From NCBI GenBank assembly GCA_963771175.1, contig CAVYSY010000040.1, positions 418,756-482,755 of the forward strand: DNA of 64,000 nucleotides. The letters run 5' to 3'. The notes under the pieces are model-generated. The model worked only from the letters and a program-made list of their open reading frames with translations. It did no database searches and was not told the origin of the DNA. Every line of letters begins with the position of its first letter. Within the stretch, counting starts at the first letter, position 1. The translations under genes and the position numbers were made by a program. This DNA comes from an uncultured delta proteobacterium (GTDB lineage: Bacteria > Myxococcota > Myxococcia > Myxococcales > Myxococcaceae). This document shows positions 1-11,682 of the stretch, piece after piece.

Positions 1-551
1 TTCCTCACGATGATGGCTTCGCCCTCGCGAATGAGGCGCTCCCCCCGCAGGGCGGCGGCGCGAACCACGCGGGCAATGGCGCCCTCGGCGAAGCTGGGGT
101 GGGGCTGAGTGCCTACAATCCGGAACAGGCGCCCGTCAGGAACGTGGCCGATGGAGGCCAGGCGCGTGATCCCGGAGGAGTTCAGAAAGCGCTCGATCCG
201 GGCCGCCACCCCCATGAGTCCCGATGCGAGCGCCGCATCCGCCGCGACGCGGGAAGCCTCTTCGAGCAGATCCAGGGCATCCAGGAGCTCGTCCCAGGGG
301 GGCTCGCGCCCCGAAGAGTTGCCCGACGTAGCGCCGCGGAGAGAAGAGAGCGAGCCCCTCAGCTCCGCGAGTCCCCCTTCCAGCTTGCGCTCCAGATCCT
401 CGACATGGAGGGCCAGACGGGCCTGGGCCCGGGAGGACTTCTGGACGGCATCCAGAAGCAGGGTGCCCCAGGTGGGAGGCGTCTCGGCAGGTAGTGTGGC
501 CCCGGGCACTCCTGAACGTCCAATGAACAGGCGTCTCAGCCAGGTGAACAT
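1..551 (-). CDS. GrpE-like nucleotide exchange factor domain protein (3' end runs off the window; absent from ORF track)
   Basis: Manual translation from ATG at 551: MFTWLRRLF...WDELLDALDLLEEA...GLMGVAARIERFLNSSGITRLASIGHVPDGRLFRIVGTQPHPSFAEGAIARVVRAAALRGERLIREGEAIIVR, which follows the GrpE helix plus beta-domain pattern. Confidence 0.65.
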   Translation of the reverse strand, partial: MFTWLRRLFIGRSGVPGATLPAETPPTWGTLLLDAVQKSSRAQARLALHVEDLERKLEGGLAELRGSLSSLRGATSGNSSGREPPWDELLDALDLLEEASRVAADAALASGLMGVAARIERFLNSSGITRLASIGHVPDGRLFRIVGTQPHPSFAEGAIARVVRAAALRGERLIREGEAIIVR

Positions 552-889
552 CAAATCAACGCCGCTCGTTTCCGACCGGCGCTCCATGCAAAGCAGAATC
601 AGAGCCACGGCTTCAGTTCACGCACCAACGCTCGTGGCCGCGCCAAACAGCTCACCGCAACGCGATGACCCCTCCCGCTCGCGCGGATGTGTCTCCCATT
701 CTTCTCTCGATACGGGCATTCCTGGGGCCTACTTCTCCCATGGGGCTCCATGACATGACCTCGCCCGTCATGTCCAGTACTTCCTTCTCGCTTCCATCCC
801 CCCTTGGGAAGGCCCTCTCCCATGAGCGGGTACAGGTAAAGGATGTCTGTTGTTGAGAGTGAGACGGAGCGAAGCCGCAACCGCGGCGG

Positions 890-1040
890 CAACTGCCCCC
901 TGCTCCGGCTGCCACTCCCGGAACGGTCTCGGCGAGGCGTAGCGGGCACCGCCCTTCGTTTCCTCCCGCTCCGGCCTCTCACTGGCGGCTACTTCCAACA
1001 GGGCGGCCTGCTCCGGCTTCTTCCTCGAGGTGGTGCTCAC
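890..1040 (-). mobile_element. Possible N-terminal remnant of an IS1182-like transposase
   Basis: MSTTSRKKPEQAALLEV...SPRPFREWQPEQG resembles the FRxYxPxQ start of IS1182 transposases, then breaks off. Confidence 0.3.
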
Positions 1041-1259
1041 CCTCGACCTTCAACCAGAACTCGCCTTCCCCCTGAAGGACCACCTGGGGCGTCTCCCCTC
1101 TGGTCCACCCTATACGGTGGGGTGCTCCGTCAGTCCTCGCGTGCCACGGGCTCCCCACACGGCATCCTCCTTGCGGGCTGCCGCCACAACGCGCTCACGC
1201 CCGTCCACCCGCATCCGTTCATCTTGGGTACGCAGCGGCTGCATGTCCCCGTGATCCCT

Positions 1260-1553
1260 TCAGGAGACGAGCTTCGATCCGATGAAGCGCAGGAGCGACG
1301 AGAGCCAGACCAGGGCGTAGGCGATGGGAGGGCGTTGGCCGGACGCGATCTTCGCCACCTCGTTCCAGTCATCGGACAACTGCCCCACCGTCAGCTCGGA
1401 CTCGGGAGGAGGGGAGTACACCGAATACAGCCGCTTCTCCGGGATGTTCCAGTAGAAGTCCTCGGTGACGTCGATCTCCGTGCGGCCTGTTCGCTCCAGG
1501 TGATCGAACAGGGCATCTGCCGCCCGTCGTAGGTCGGAAAGCTGGATCCTCAC
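1260..1553 (-). CDS. Small hypothetical protein, probable orphan toxin-immunity protein
   Basis: GTG start, 97 aa, DFYWNI...LYSVY..P..LTVGQLSDDW motif; lies in a toxin-downstream cassette zone. Confidence 0.6.
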   Translation of the reverse strand: MRIQLSDLRRAADALFDHLERTGRTEIDVTEDFYWNIPEKRLYSVYSPPPESELTVGQLSDDWNEVAKIASGQRPPIAYALVWLSSLLRFIGSKLVS

Positions 1554-1782
1554 GGGGCCCTCACCAGCCACTTCTCGCCAGCAAGGTCGGACGGAGCGAG
1601 ATCCGCCAGGGCCTTCAGGAGTTCGGCTTCGACATCCGCGATCGCGCTGGCCAATTTGTCCGGGATGAGGTCGGCCACATCTTCAAGCTCGGTGGCCATT
1701 CCGAGCCTGTCATGTCGAAGAGCATTTTAAGGTAGGCGTACATCGCCGCGTATGCTTCCTTGAGCGTGATCTTGTCATCCAT
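1550..1782 (-). pseudogene. Fused gene fragments: immunity-like N-terminus (MDDKITLKEAYAAMYAYLKMLFDMTGS) joined to an unrelated C-terminal fragment (ATELEDVADLIPDKLASAIAD...KWLVRAP*)
   Basis: Two short coding-like segments in different frames; the second stop overlaps the GTG start of the next gene (GTGA). Confidence 0.4.
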
Positions 1783-1835
1783 GCGATGCCTCGACATCAG
1801 TTTCGAACTCGGCATCGAATGCGGCGATTGCTTCT

Positions 1836-2154
1836 TCAGAAGTCCTGTGGGTCGGTCCATTCAAAGTCTTCATCTCCGCCAGTCCTTGCGAGAGTTCAAT
1901 TTTTCACCCAGTCTCGTGATGAGATCCTGGAGGGCCTCTACTTCTGTCCGTCCGAGTCCTGCCTCCCCATCGGGAGTGCCATTGGCATTTTTTACACACA
2001 CATTGGCAACCGCGAGGAAGCCCCCGGAGCCTTCTTCGAGAACCTTGATCTTGTATTTGGTCCATGGAATACCGCGCATGTCGCGAATCTCGAAGACGTT
2101 GACCACCCGCGAAATGCTCGCGGCACCATGCAGATCGATTGCCCTCCAATCCAT
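1836..2154 (-). CDS. Probable cognate immunity protein (SitI-like) of the upstream toxin; one frameshift near the 3' end
   Basis: Starts 25 bp after the toxin stop with an AGGGAG RBS, lower GC; the alternative frame gives the C-terminus DEDFEWTDPQDF*. Confidence 0.65.
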
Positions 2155-2178
2155 CTGATTTCTCCCTTCTGGTTTGTC

Positions 2179-3474
2179 CTACCGAGACCCGAAAGATAAG
2201 ATTCGCCCATCTGGCGCGAAATCAATATACCGGCCGTTCTTGACATAGCGAATCACACCATCGGTGGCGCCTTCAACTGGGAGTTTTTGTGCGCCCTTGA
2301 GTCTCTGTGCGAATTCAAGGGCCTTCCGTAGATACTGTGCGACATCCTTGGCATCAACCTCTGCTCCATGTTTGTTGAAGTGGGCCTGGAGTGACTTCGA
2401 TGGAGAGTCGTAACTCCCTTCATGCCACCGCGTATTGACCTGCTCAAGGTCGTCCCCCTTCGGAGTGCCGCCACCGCTCGTGCCGCTTGATGTCATGGCC
2501 ACCGCACCTGGCGCGAGGGCGATGGTGACGGTCTCGGCACTCACGGCAACCGTCTTCACTTCCCCCACCGCCGCGAGACGGATGCCCACCTGCGTCTCGG
2601 CTTGTACGGCCGCCTGCATCGAGCCGGGCAGCTTCGGCACCTTCGCGGCCAGCCCCGGCGCCGTGTTGCCAATGGCCGCCATGGACAGCATGGCGAATGC
2701 TCGCGCCGCGTTCCGGCCCATGAGCTTGCCGTACCGCTCGCCCGCCGCGCGCAGTTCGTTGAACGTGGTGGCCCGGTCCGCCTCGTCCATCAGCCGTTTG
2801 AAGCCGACGACGAGGCCCCAGAAGGTATCGACGCCCACGTAGGAAATGATCGTGGCGGTCATCACGGCCGCGAGGCCCTTCGAGATCGTCACGTCGGGAA
2901 TGGAGACGAGGACCATGTACGTCGTCCAGGTCCAGAGAACCGCCGCCACCATGGCGTGAGGGTCGGCCATGTCCTTGAACGCCTCCAGCATCTCGTCCAG
3001 CACGGCGCCCTTGGCCAGGGCCATGGCCAGCGCGAAACGACCATCCCCGTTGACGGTGGGGCTCTCCGTTAGCAGGCGCAGACAGTCCCCGGGCCTGCCG
3101 GTGCGCTCGCACCAGCGCAGGTAGTCGCGCGTCAATTCCACCTCCGGTGTTGTTGACTGCCCCTCCAGGTGCTCGCCCGGCTTGAGCGGAGTGATGCGGC
3201 GGCTGGGGGTCTCGTACGTGTACGAACCGCTCCGCGCCTCCACCTCGAACAGCCGCCGGGCGGCTTCCTGGGGCCGAGTGGGGGGCCGAACATCCCGAGC
3301 CAGTTCCGACACGGCATCCTCGAACTCGCCGTTGCCCAGAGTCACCGGCGTGGCGCCGGAACGAGGGGTGAAGACGAGGGTGTCGGTCTGGCCCGTGTCC
3401 AGGCGCACGACCCGGGATGCAGTGCCACACCCGACGAGGAGAACCAGCACCACCGCCGTGCAGCTCAGCTTCAA
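2179..3474 (-). CDS. sitA5: SitA5-family polymorphic toxin lipoprotein with a putative RNase C-terminal domain
   Basis: GGAGGA RBS plus TTG start; lipobox LLVGC; SRVVRLDTG...YLRWCERTGRPGDCL escort region; lower-GC C-terminal domain with HFNKHGAE. Confidence 0.8.
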   Translation of the reverse strand: MKLSCTAVVLVLLVGCGTASRVVRLDTGQTDTLVFTPRSGATPVTLGNGEFEDAVSELARDVRPPTRPQEAARRLFEVEARSGSYTYETPSRRITPLKPGEHLEGQSTTPEVELTRDYLRWCERTGRPGDCLRLLTESPTVNGDGRFALAMALAKGAVLDEMLEAFKDMADPHAMVAAVLWTWTTYMVLVSIPDVTISKGLAAVMTATIISYVGVDTFWGLVVGFKRLMDEADRATTFNELRAAGERYGKLMGRNAARAFAMLSMAAIGNTAPGLAAKVPKLPGSMQAAVQAETQVGIRLAAVGEVKTVAVSAETVTIALAPGAVAMTSSGTSGGGTPKGDDLEQVNTRWHEGSYDSPSKSLQAHFNKHGAEVDAKDVAQYLRKALEFAQRLKGAQKLPVEGATDGVIRYVKNGRYIDFAPDGRILSFGSR

Positions 3475-3632
3475 GGGGATTCCTCCCGGCCACCCCTCTA
3501 TGGGTAGCCAGTCCGGAAGAATACCCAATGGGTACGACAACCCCTGGAGCGGGGGTCACGGGAAGGTCACTCCGCCCAGGGTGACGAGCCGGCCTCCGTT
3601 CTCGTCCCACAACTTGAGGAGGGGAAACGGGT

Positions 3633-3728
3633 CGGTAGGACAGAGGAATCGAACCTCCCAGGGACATGTCTCCATGCCCCCCACCGGTTTTGAAGACCGG
3701 GCCGGCCACCAGGTCCGGAGGCCCTACC
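3633..3728 (-). tRNA. selC: tRNA-Sec (anticodon UCA)
   Basis: Reverse strand GGTAGGGC...CCGGT-CTTCAAA-ACCGG, long variable arm GGGGCATG-GAGA-CATGTCCC, T-arm GGAGGTTCGATTCCTCT, 8-bp acceptor GTCCTACC-G; 96 nt. Confidence 0.95.
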
Positions 3729-3775
3729 ACTGCGCGATTACTGCCGGGCCTCGTGCGCCGCGTCAATGTCGCGCT

Positions 3776-4852
3776 TCAGTCCAGCCCGCGCTCCCACAGG
3801 TCGTCCTCGTCGAGCCCGATCAGGTGCCCCACCTCGTGCATCACGGTGATGCCGATCTGCTCGATGAGCTCCTCGCGCGTCCGCGCGAAGCGCTCCAGGT
3901 TCCGCTGGTACAGCACGATCGCCGCGGGGAAGTGGTCGACCGCGCTCAGTCACGCTGCGCTCGCCCACCGGCGTGCCCCGGAACACCCCCAGGATGGACG
4001 GCGACAGCGGCGGCGTCTCGGCGAGCAGGTCCTCGTCCGAGGGGATCTCCTCCACCGCGATGGTGACGTTGTCCAGGTACTCCTTCACGTGCTCGGGCAG
4101 CGCCTTCACCGCGTCCTCCAGCGCCCGGTCGAACTCCTCCTCGCTCAGCTCCACCGGCGGAGGGAACTCCTCGGGCGCGAGCGCCCGCGCCTTCGCGAAG
4201 CGCTGCTTCGCCTCCTTCGCGTCCCCGCGCCGCTCGGCGATCAGCCCCAGGTAGTGGTGCGCCCACGGCTCGTCCGGCGCGTCCTCCAGCACCCGCTCGA
4301 AGGCGGCCTGCGCCTCCTCGAAGCGGCACAGCTCGAACAGGGCGATGCGCCCGCTCCAGCCTGCGCCTCCACCGAGCGCGGCACGTGCCCCAGCGCCTCG
4401 TCCAGGCTCGCCAGCGCCCGCTCGCACTCGCCCAGCTGGTTCAGCGCCATGCCCTCCAGCAGGAGGAACTCGAAGAGCAGCTCCACGTCGTCCGGCCCGC
4501 TGGGCCAGCTTGCGCCCCCGGGCGCACAGCTCGAGGCCCTCCTCCACCGCCTCGCGGTCCTCGCCCGCCCGGCTGACCAGGCAGCTCGGCCGCCCCCAGC
4601 AGCAGCTCCAGGTCGTCCGGGGCCACCTTCAGGGCCCGCCCGTAGGCCTCGGCCGCCTCCTCCAGCTCGCCCAGCTCCACCAGGGCGGCCGCCCGGTAGT
4701 GCAGGGCCTCCGGGAGCTCGGGGGCCTCGGCCAGCAGCGCCTCCGCCCCGGCCAGCGCCTCCTCGAAGTGCTCCCGCGTCGAAGGCCTCCGCCACCGCGT
4801 CGAGCCGCCTCCACGTCCGCCGGCGCCGCCCGTTTCGCGTCCGCTTCCCCAT
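3776..4852 (-). CDS. TPR-containing Zincin_1-like metallopeptidase family protein (frameshifted in this sequence)
   Basis: TPR helices, then LEDAVKALP...LDNVTIAVEEIP...ILGVFRG and a terminal VMHEVGHLIGLDEDDLWERGLD* HExxH motif, spread over several frames. Confidence 0.8.
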
Positions 4853-4941
4853 GCGCGGCCACATACGAACCCGCTTCCGCGCGTTGTCAACGCGCGGTGC
4901 GCTGTTACGTTCCGCCGCCCCGTCACCCCTCGAAAGGGCCC

Positions 4942-5298
4942 GTGAACATCCTCGTCGTCGATGACGATGTCGAGCTGTGCACGATGCTCTCTCGCTTCCT
5001 CGAGACGCACGGGTACACCGTCTATTCCGCGCCGACGCCTTGCAGGCGCTGGACGTCCTCGAGCGGCACACCGTGGACCTGGTCATCACCGACTACCGGA
5101 TGCCGCACATGGACGGCATCCACTTCACCGAGAAGCTCAAGGCCGACCCCCGCTACAAGAGCACCGCCGGTCATCCTCATGACCGCCAATGCCGACGGCA
5201 ACGTCCTCGACAAGGGCATGCGCAAGGGCGTGGCCCTCACCCTGGCCAAGCCCATCGACTTCGATCAGCTGCTCAACCTCGTGGGCTTCGCCGAGTAG
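4942..5298 (+). CDS. Single-domain response regulator (frameshifted)
   Basis: VNILVVDDD...DLVITDYRMPHMDG...VILMTA...LAKPID. Confidence 0.85.
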   Translation: MNILVVDDDVELCTMLSRFLETHGYTVYSAPTPCRRWTSSSGTPWTWSSPTTGCRTWTASTSPRSSRPTPATRAPPVILMTANADGNVLDKGMRKGVALTLAKPIDFDQLLNLVGFAE

Positions 5299-5348
5299 CC
5301 CGTCCAGCATCCCGGCCGTTTGCTCCCCCACAGGCCCGCCGTTCCGTG

Positions 5349-5401
5349 TTGACAACCCGGGTCCGGCTCTTATGTTGGCGCTCGCCCGGGCCGAGTGCTA
5401 A
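5349..5401 (+). promoter_or_regulatory. Sigma70-like promoter with a CIRCE (HrcA operator) upstream of groEL
   Basis: TTGACA at 5349, TATGTT at 5371, TTGGCGCTC-N9-GAGTGCTAA at 5375-5401. Confidence 0.85.
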
Positions 5402-5437
5402 CCCGGCACTCCGGCCCCCGTAGTTCATTCCCAGTAA

Positions 5438-7095
<1,658 letters not shown>

Positions 7096-7120
7096 GAAGC
7101 CCTCGAGCTGAGTTGAGCTC

Positions 7121-7169
7121 GCGGCCCCGGGTGCCTCCCTCGCGGAGGTGCTCGGGGCCGTGGTGTTTT
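7121..7169 (+). terminator. Rho-independent terminator after groEL
   Basis: GCGGCCCCGGGTGCCTCC / GGAGGTGCTCGGGGCCGT stem followed by GTTTT. Confidence 0.6.
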
Positions 7170-7194
7170 CACGGGAACTGGAGAGGGAAGACCC

Positions 7195-8775
7195 TCAGCC
7201 CAGCGCTTTCAGGGCGGGGGCGGGGGCGTATCCCAGGATGCGGGACAGCTCGTGGCCGAGCTCGCGCGCCTCCAGATCCCTCGCCAGGCACCCGGACGCC
7301 CCGGCGCGCAGCGCCTCCAGCACCGTCTCCAGGGACAGGTACTCGGCGAGCACCACGAAGGGCGCCCCCTGGCCCAGCTTCCGGGCCAGCTCCAGCGCCT
7401 GCCGTCCGTAGGCGGTGCTGAAGTCCCAGCTCACCACCACGGCCGCCGGAGGTTCCGCGGCGGGCTCTCCAGGAGCGGCCGACAGCACCCGCGCCTCCAG
7501 CCCCAGCTGGGCGAGCGCCTCGGTGACCTGTCGCGCCGAGGTCGGGCTGTCATCGAGCACGTCCACGCGGCGGTTGTCCGGCCGTCGCGCGTGCCGGACG
7601 GGGACGGCTCCATCGAGGAACTCGCGCAGCTTCGCGCGCACCTCGCGGATGTCGTCGAAGGGCTTGAGCAGGTAGTCGAGCAGTCCCAGCTCCAGCGCCT
7701 GCTGCGTCGTGACCAGCGAGGGGTAGCCCGTCATCAGGATGACGCGCGAGCCGGAATCCAACCGACGCGCCTCCTGCGCCAGCTCCAGGCCCGTGCGGCC
7801 CGGCAGGTTCTTGTCGGTGACGATGAGGTCCACCGGCCCACGGCGCAGGTGCGCGAGCGCCTCCTCGACGTTGGCGGCCTCGAGCACCTCGCACTCCCGG
7901 CCCATCAGGTCCTTGAAGACGCTGCGGATGATCTCCTCGTCGTCCACCACCAGCAGGCGGCGGCGCGAGGTGACCGGCGTGGGGGCAGGGGAGATGCTGG
8001 CGGGGGCGGGAGCCGGGACGGCGTCCGGAGCGGGAAAGAGGACGCGGAAGACGGTGGTGGGCGCCGGCTGGTCCGGCAGCACCGAGGACGGCACGAGCTC
8101 CAGCAGCGCGTGGTGCTCCAGCGCGATGCGCCGGCACACCGCGAGCCCCAGTCCGGTGCCGCGCTTGCTGCCCGTCACGTAGGGCTCGAAGAGGCGCTGG
8201 CGCACGGCCTCGGGCACTCCGGCGCCCCAGTCCGCCACGTACATCACCGGTGACGCGCCCTCGCGCGCGCACCACCACCTTCACCCGGCCCGGCCCCGCC
8301 ATCGCGTCGCGCGCGTTGTTGAGGAGGTTGAGGGTGAGCTGCTCCAGCAGCCGGCCGTTGCCCTGCACGTCCCAGCTCCTCGGGGGCGTCCACCTGCAGC
8401 GTGACGCGGGCCGAGTCCGGGTTGAGCGCGAAGGCGCGTGCCGCCGCCTGCACGTGCGCCACCAGCGACACGGGCTGCTGCGGGGCGGGGCGCTCGCTGG
8501 CCAGGCGGGTGAAGTCGGAGATGATCTGCTCCATCCGCTCCACCTGGACCAGCATCTGCCGCAGTGGGCCTCGCGAGCCGATCTCCTCGGAGAGGAGCTG
8601 GGCGTAGGCCTTGACGCCCGAGCAGCGGCTGGCGCAGCTCGTGGAGCACCTCGGCGGCCAGCTGCGTGGTGCCCGCCTGGGTCCGCTGCAGCTCCGCGGC
8701 GGCGGCCCTGGCCGCTGGGAGGTCACCTGCCTCCACGGCCTGCAGGAGGATCGCGAGAGGTGCCGGGATGTCCAT
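7195..8775 (-). CDS. sinK: Hybrid histidine kinase/response regulator, SinK-like (frameshifted)
   Basis: H-box VLHELRQPL, N-box LNLLNNARDA, LFEPY...GTGLGL, receiver LLVVDDE...TDKNLP; name from recalled synteny with M. xanthus. Confidence 0.75.
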
Positions 8776-8915
8776 GGTTCATCAGCATGGCCGAGCCACC
8801 CGGCTGGCCGCAACGCAAGGCTCCGGATTCCGTTGACCGGTGGCCTCCGGGACGCGGATGCTTCCCGCTCCCACACGTTCCGCTCACACTGGCCGTACGC
8901 CCCCGGGAGCCCTCC

Positions 8916-9311
8916 ATGCCACAGACCAATCCGTTCCACTCGATGGTGCCCCGGAAGCTGACGGACTCGGAGCTGGCCCGCGCCATCCGGCTGGACATGG
9001 AGGCGGAGCTGGACGCCATCAACCTCTACGCCGCCCACATCGACGCCACGGACAACGCGGAGGCCAAGGCCATCCTCCAGCACGTCATGGACGAGGAGCG
9101 CGAGCACGCCGCGCTCTTCTGGGAGCTCATCGCCCGGCTGGATCCCGCCCAGGCCGAGCACATCAAGGTCATGTCGGAGAAGTTCCGGCTGATCATCTCC
9201 GGCGCCTCGCACGAGGCGGTGGAGGCGGTGGGCGAGGGCAAGGGCGAGCGCCGCGCGTCGGTCGAGCCCGGCCTGGACAAGCGCCTTACCGTGGGCTCGC
9301 TGCGGCGCTGA
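8916..9311 (+). CDS. encC: Encapsulin cargo ferritin-like protein EncC
   Basis: MPQTNPFHS...EAELDAINLY...DEEREH ferritin-like motifs and C-terminal targeting peptide LTVGSLRR. Confidence 0.93.
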   Translation: MPQTNPFHSMVPRKLTDSELARAIRLDMEAELDAINLYAAHIDATDNAEAKAILQHVMDEEREHAALFWELIARLDPAQAEHIKVMSEKFRLIISGASHEAVEAVGEGKGERRASVEPGLDKRLTVGSLRR

Positions 9312-10696
9312 GCCCGGACGCGCTTCCGGTGGGCTGGCTGTGCCGCGTCGAAGGCGTGGCCTCCAGGTCCTTCGCGGCCATGTAGACGACGTTCCGGGTG
9401 CCCTTCTTGCCCCGGTACATGGCCCGGTCGGCCAGGTCCAGCAGCGTGGCCTTGTCCCGCGCGTGCTCGGGGAAGCAGGCCACGCCGATGCAGGTGGAGA
9501 GAGCCAGGGCGTGCCCCTCGCGCGCCAGGAAGCGGTGGGTCTCCACGGTGCGCCGGATGCGCTCGGCCACCTTCAGCGCGCCGCCCGAGTCGGTGTTGCG
9601 CAGCAGCACCACGTACTCGTCCCCGCCGTAGCGCACCGCCACGTCGCGGTCGCGCACGCAGCCCTTCAGCAGGTGGGCCATCTCCACCAGCAGCTTGCGA
9701 GCCCACCAGGTGCCCGTGGGTGTCGTTGACCGTCTTGAAGTAGTCCAGGTCCAGGAAGAGCAGGCTGAAGGCGCCGGGCGTCTGCTGCGTGCCCTTCAGC
9801 TCCCGATCCAGCACCAGGTGCAGGTAGCGCGTGTTGAAGAGGTGGGTGAGGTCGTCCAGGTAGGCCAGGTCCTCCACCTCGGCGATGCGGCCCATGTTGC
9901 GCAGGGCGAGCGCCAGGCAGCGCGCGAGGAAGCCCGTGGCCTCGGCGATGCCCTCGGGCGGCGAGCCGGGGTAGAGCAGGACGGTGTGTCCGAGCAGATC
10001 CTCCCCATCCACCGCGGGGACGACGAGGGCGCGCGGCCAGGGGCCCGGGACTCCCTCCAGCACCCGTGCCTCCCGGGACACGCCCAGGCGCGGCGCGAGG
10101 AAGGCGAGGTGGGGGGCTTCCCGTCCTTCACTGGACAGTCCCTGCGCGCTCAGCAGCCGCGAGCAGCCGGTGGCGTCGCGCTCGAACAGCACCACCGCGC
10201 TGGCCGAGCCCATCCCCTGGAAGGCGGCGCTGGCGGTGTTCGCGAGCCGCTCCCGGTCGAGCGTGGTGGAGATGCGCTGTCCGGTCTCCAGCAGCGAGAC
10301 GTACTGGCGCAGCGCGGCGTTCTCCCGCAGCAGCTCGCGCGTGGCGAGCGCCCGGTGGATGGCGTGCTGGAGCACCTCCGGGGCCACCGGCTTGACGAGG
10401 TACTCGGCGGCCCCGCTCTTGATGGCGCGCACCGCCGGGTCCACCTTGTCCAGGCCGGTGATGACCACCACCTCGATGCCCGGGTGGTGCTCCCGGGTGT
10501 GACGGAGCACCTCCATCCCATCCCCGCCGGCGAGGATGAGGTCCGTCACCACCGCGTCGTAGGGGTGGCGGGCCAGCGCCTCCTTGACCTCCGCGATGCC
10601 GCTGACGGCGGTGACCTCGTGGCCCGCGTCCCGCAGGTAGTCCTCGTACAGGGTACGGGCGAGCTTTTCGTCGTCGACGAGCAGGATGCGCGCCAT
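9286..10696 (-). CDS. Response regulator-diguanylate cyclase (REC-GAF-like-GGDEF; one frameshift)
   Basis: MARILLVDDE; DDLTHLFN; DLDYFKTVNDTHGHLVG; RDRDVAVRYGGDEY. Confidence 0.9.
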
Positions 10697-10743
10697 CGTC
10701 GAAGGGCTTAGCACCAAGGTCCAGGGGCTGCTAGCCTGCCCCC

Positions 10744-11558
10744 GTGTCTCCCTACGAAAGCGGACGCCGGCTCTGTCTCCTGATGGAAGCGGGGGAGACG
10801 CGCTTCTCCGTTGAGGCCACCTCCGTCATGGAGGTCGCCGCGCCGGGACCCGATGAGACCAGCCTGCGTGGCGTGCTGGAGGTGAAGGACCTGTCCGTGC
10901 TGCTCGGCGGCGAGCCGGAGCAGGGCCCGGGCATGGTGGTGGTGTTCGACGTGAGCCCCACGCTGGCGGTGCGCGTGCGGTCCATCGTCGAGGTGGTGGA
11001 CGTGGCCCAGGCCCCGCACTTCCTGTTGCCCCCCGGGCTGGGGGACACCCTGGCCGCGCTCAGCCACAGCGCGGTGCTGCACAAGGATCGGCTCTACCTG
11101 GAGCTCTCCGCCGAGGCGCTGCCCCATGAGCCGGGCGCCATGAGCCCTCCGCCCGAGCACCGCGTGGCCCTCACCGAGGCACCGCCCGAGCGCTCGCTCG
11201 TCTTCGAGTCACAGGGGCGATTGTTCGGCCTCCCGCTGTCTCCTGGTGTCCCAGGTGGTGGCGCGCGGGCCGTCCTTCAGCGCGCTGCCGGGGCAGGGGG
11301 GCGCGGTGGCCGGCGTTCTGCCCCATGCGCAGGCGCTCTGGCCCGTCTACTCCGCCCCGGCGCTGCTGGGGGCTCCCGCCCTGGCCGAGCCCCTCATCGT
11401 CCTCGCCGAGGCTGGCGGGACGGAGCCTGGGGCTGTGCGCCTCGCGGGTGCTGGGCGTCCATCCGCACTTCGAGCCCACCGAGGAGCCAGGGGAGTTCCG
11501 CGCCCCGGGATTGCCGGCTCCCGTGCTCTTCCTGGACCTGCAGCGCATGTTTTCTTGA
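10744..11558 (+). CDS. Tandem CheW-like domain protein upstream of romR (frameshifted)
   Basis: Two CheW-like modules: LLMEAGETRFSVEATSVMEV and LVFESQGRLFGLPL..VSQVV. Confidence 0.75.
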
Positions 11559-11682
11559 GCTTCCGCTTGTTTTCTTGAAGGCCCGGGTGGCGAACCGTAA
11601 GCTGCCCGGCTTGACAGTGGGACTTTCCGTCCCGATTTCTCACCGAATTCTGGGGGGTTGGAATCCCCCGAGGCCCGAACCG

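Noticed and set aside
1836..1872. Selenocysteine read-through of the TGA in the immunity gene near selC
   Set aside because: The plausible C-terminus lies in a different frame, so an indel explains it; no SECIS-like hairpin recognised
1..3632. Integrative element or prophage at tRNA-Sec
   Set aside because: No integrase and no duplicated tRNA 3' end seen within the window; only a hotspot can be inferred
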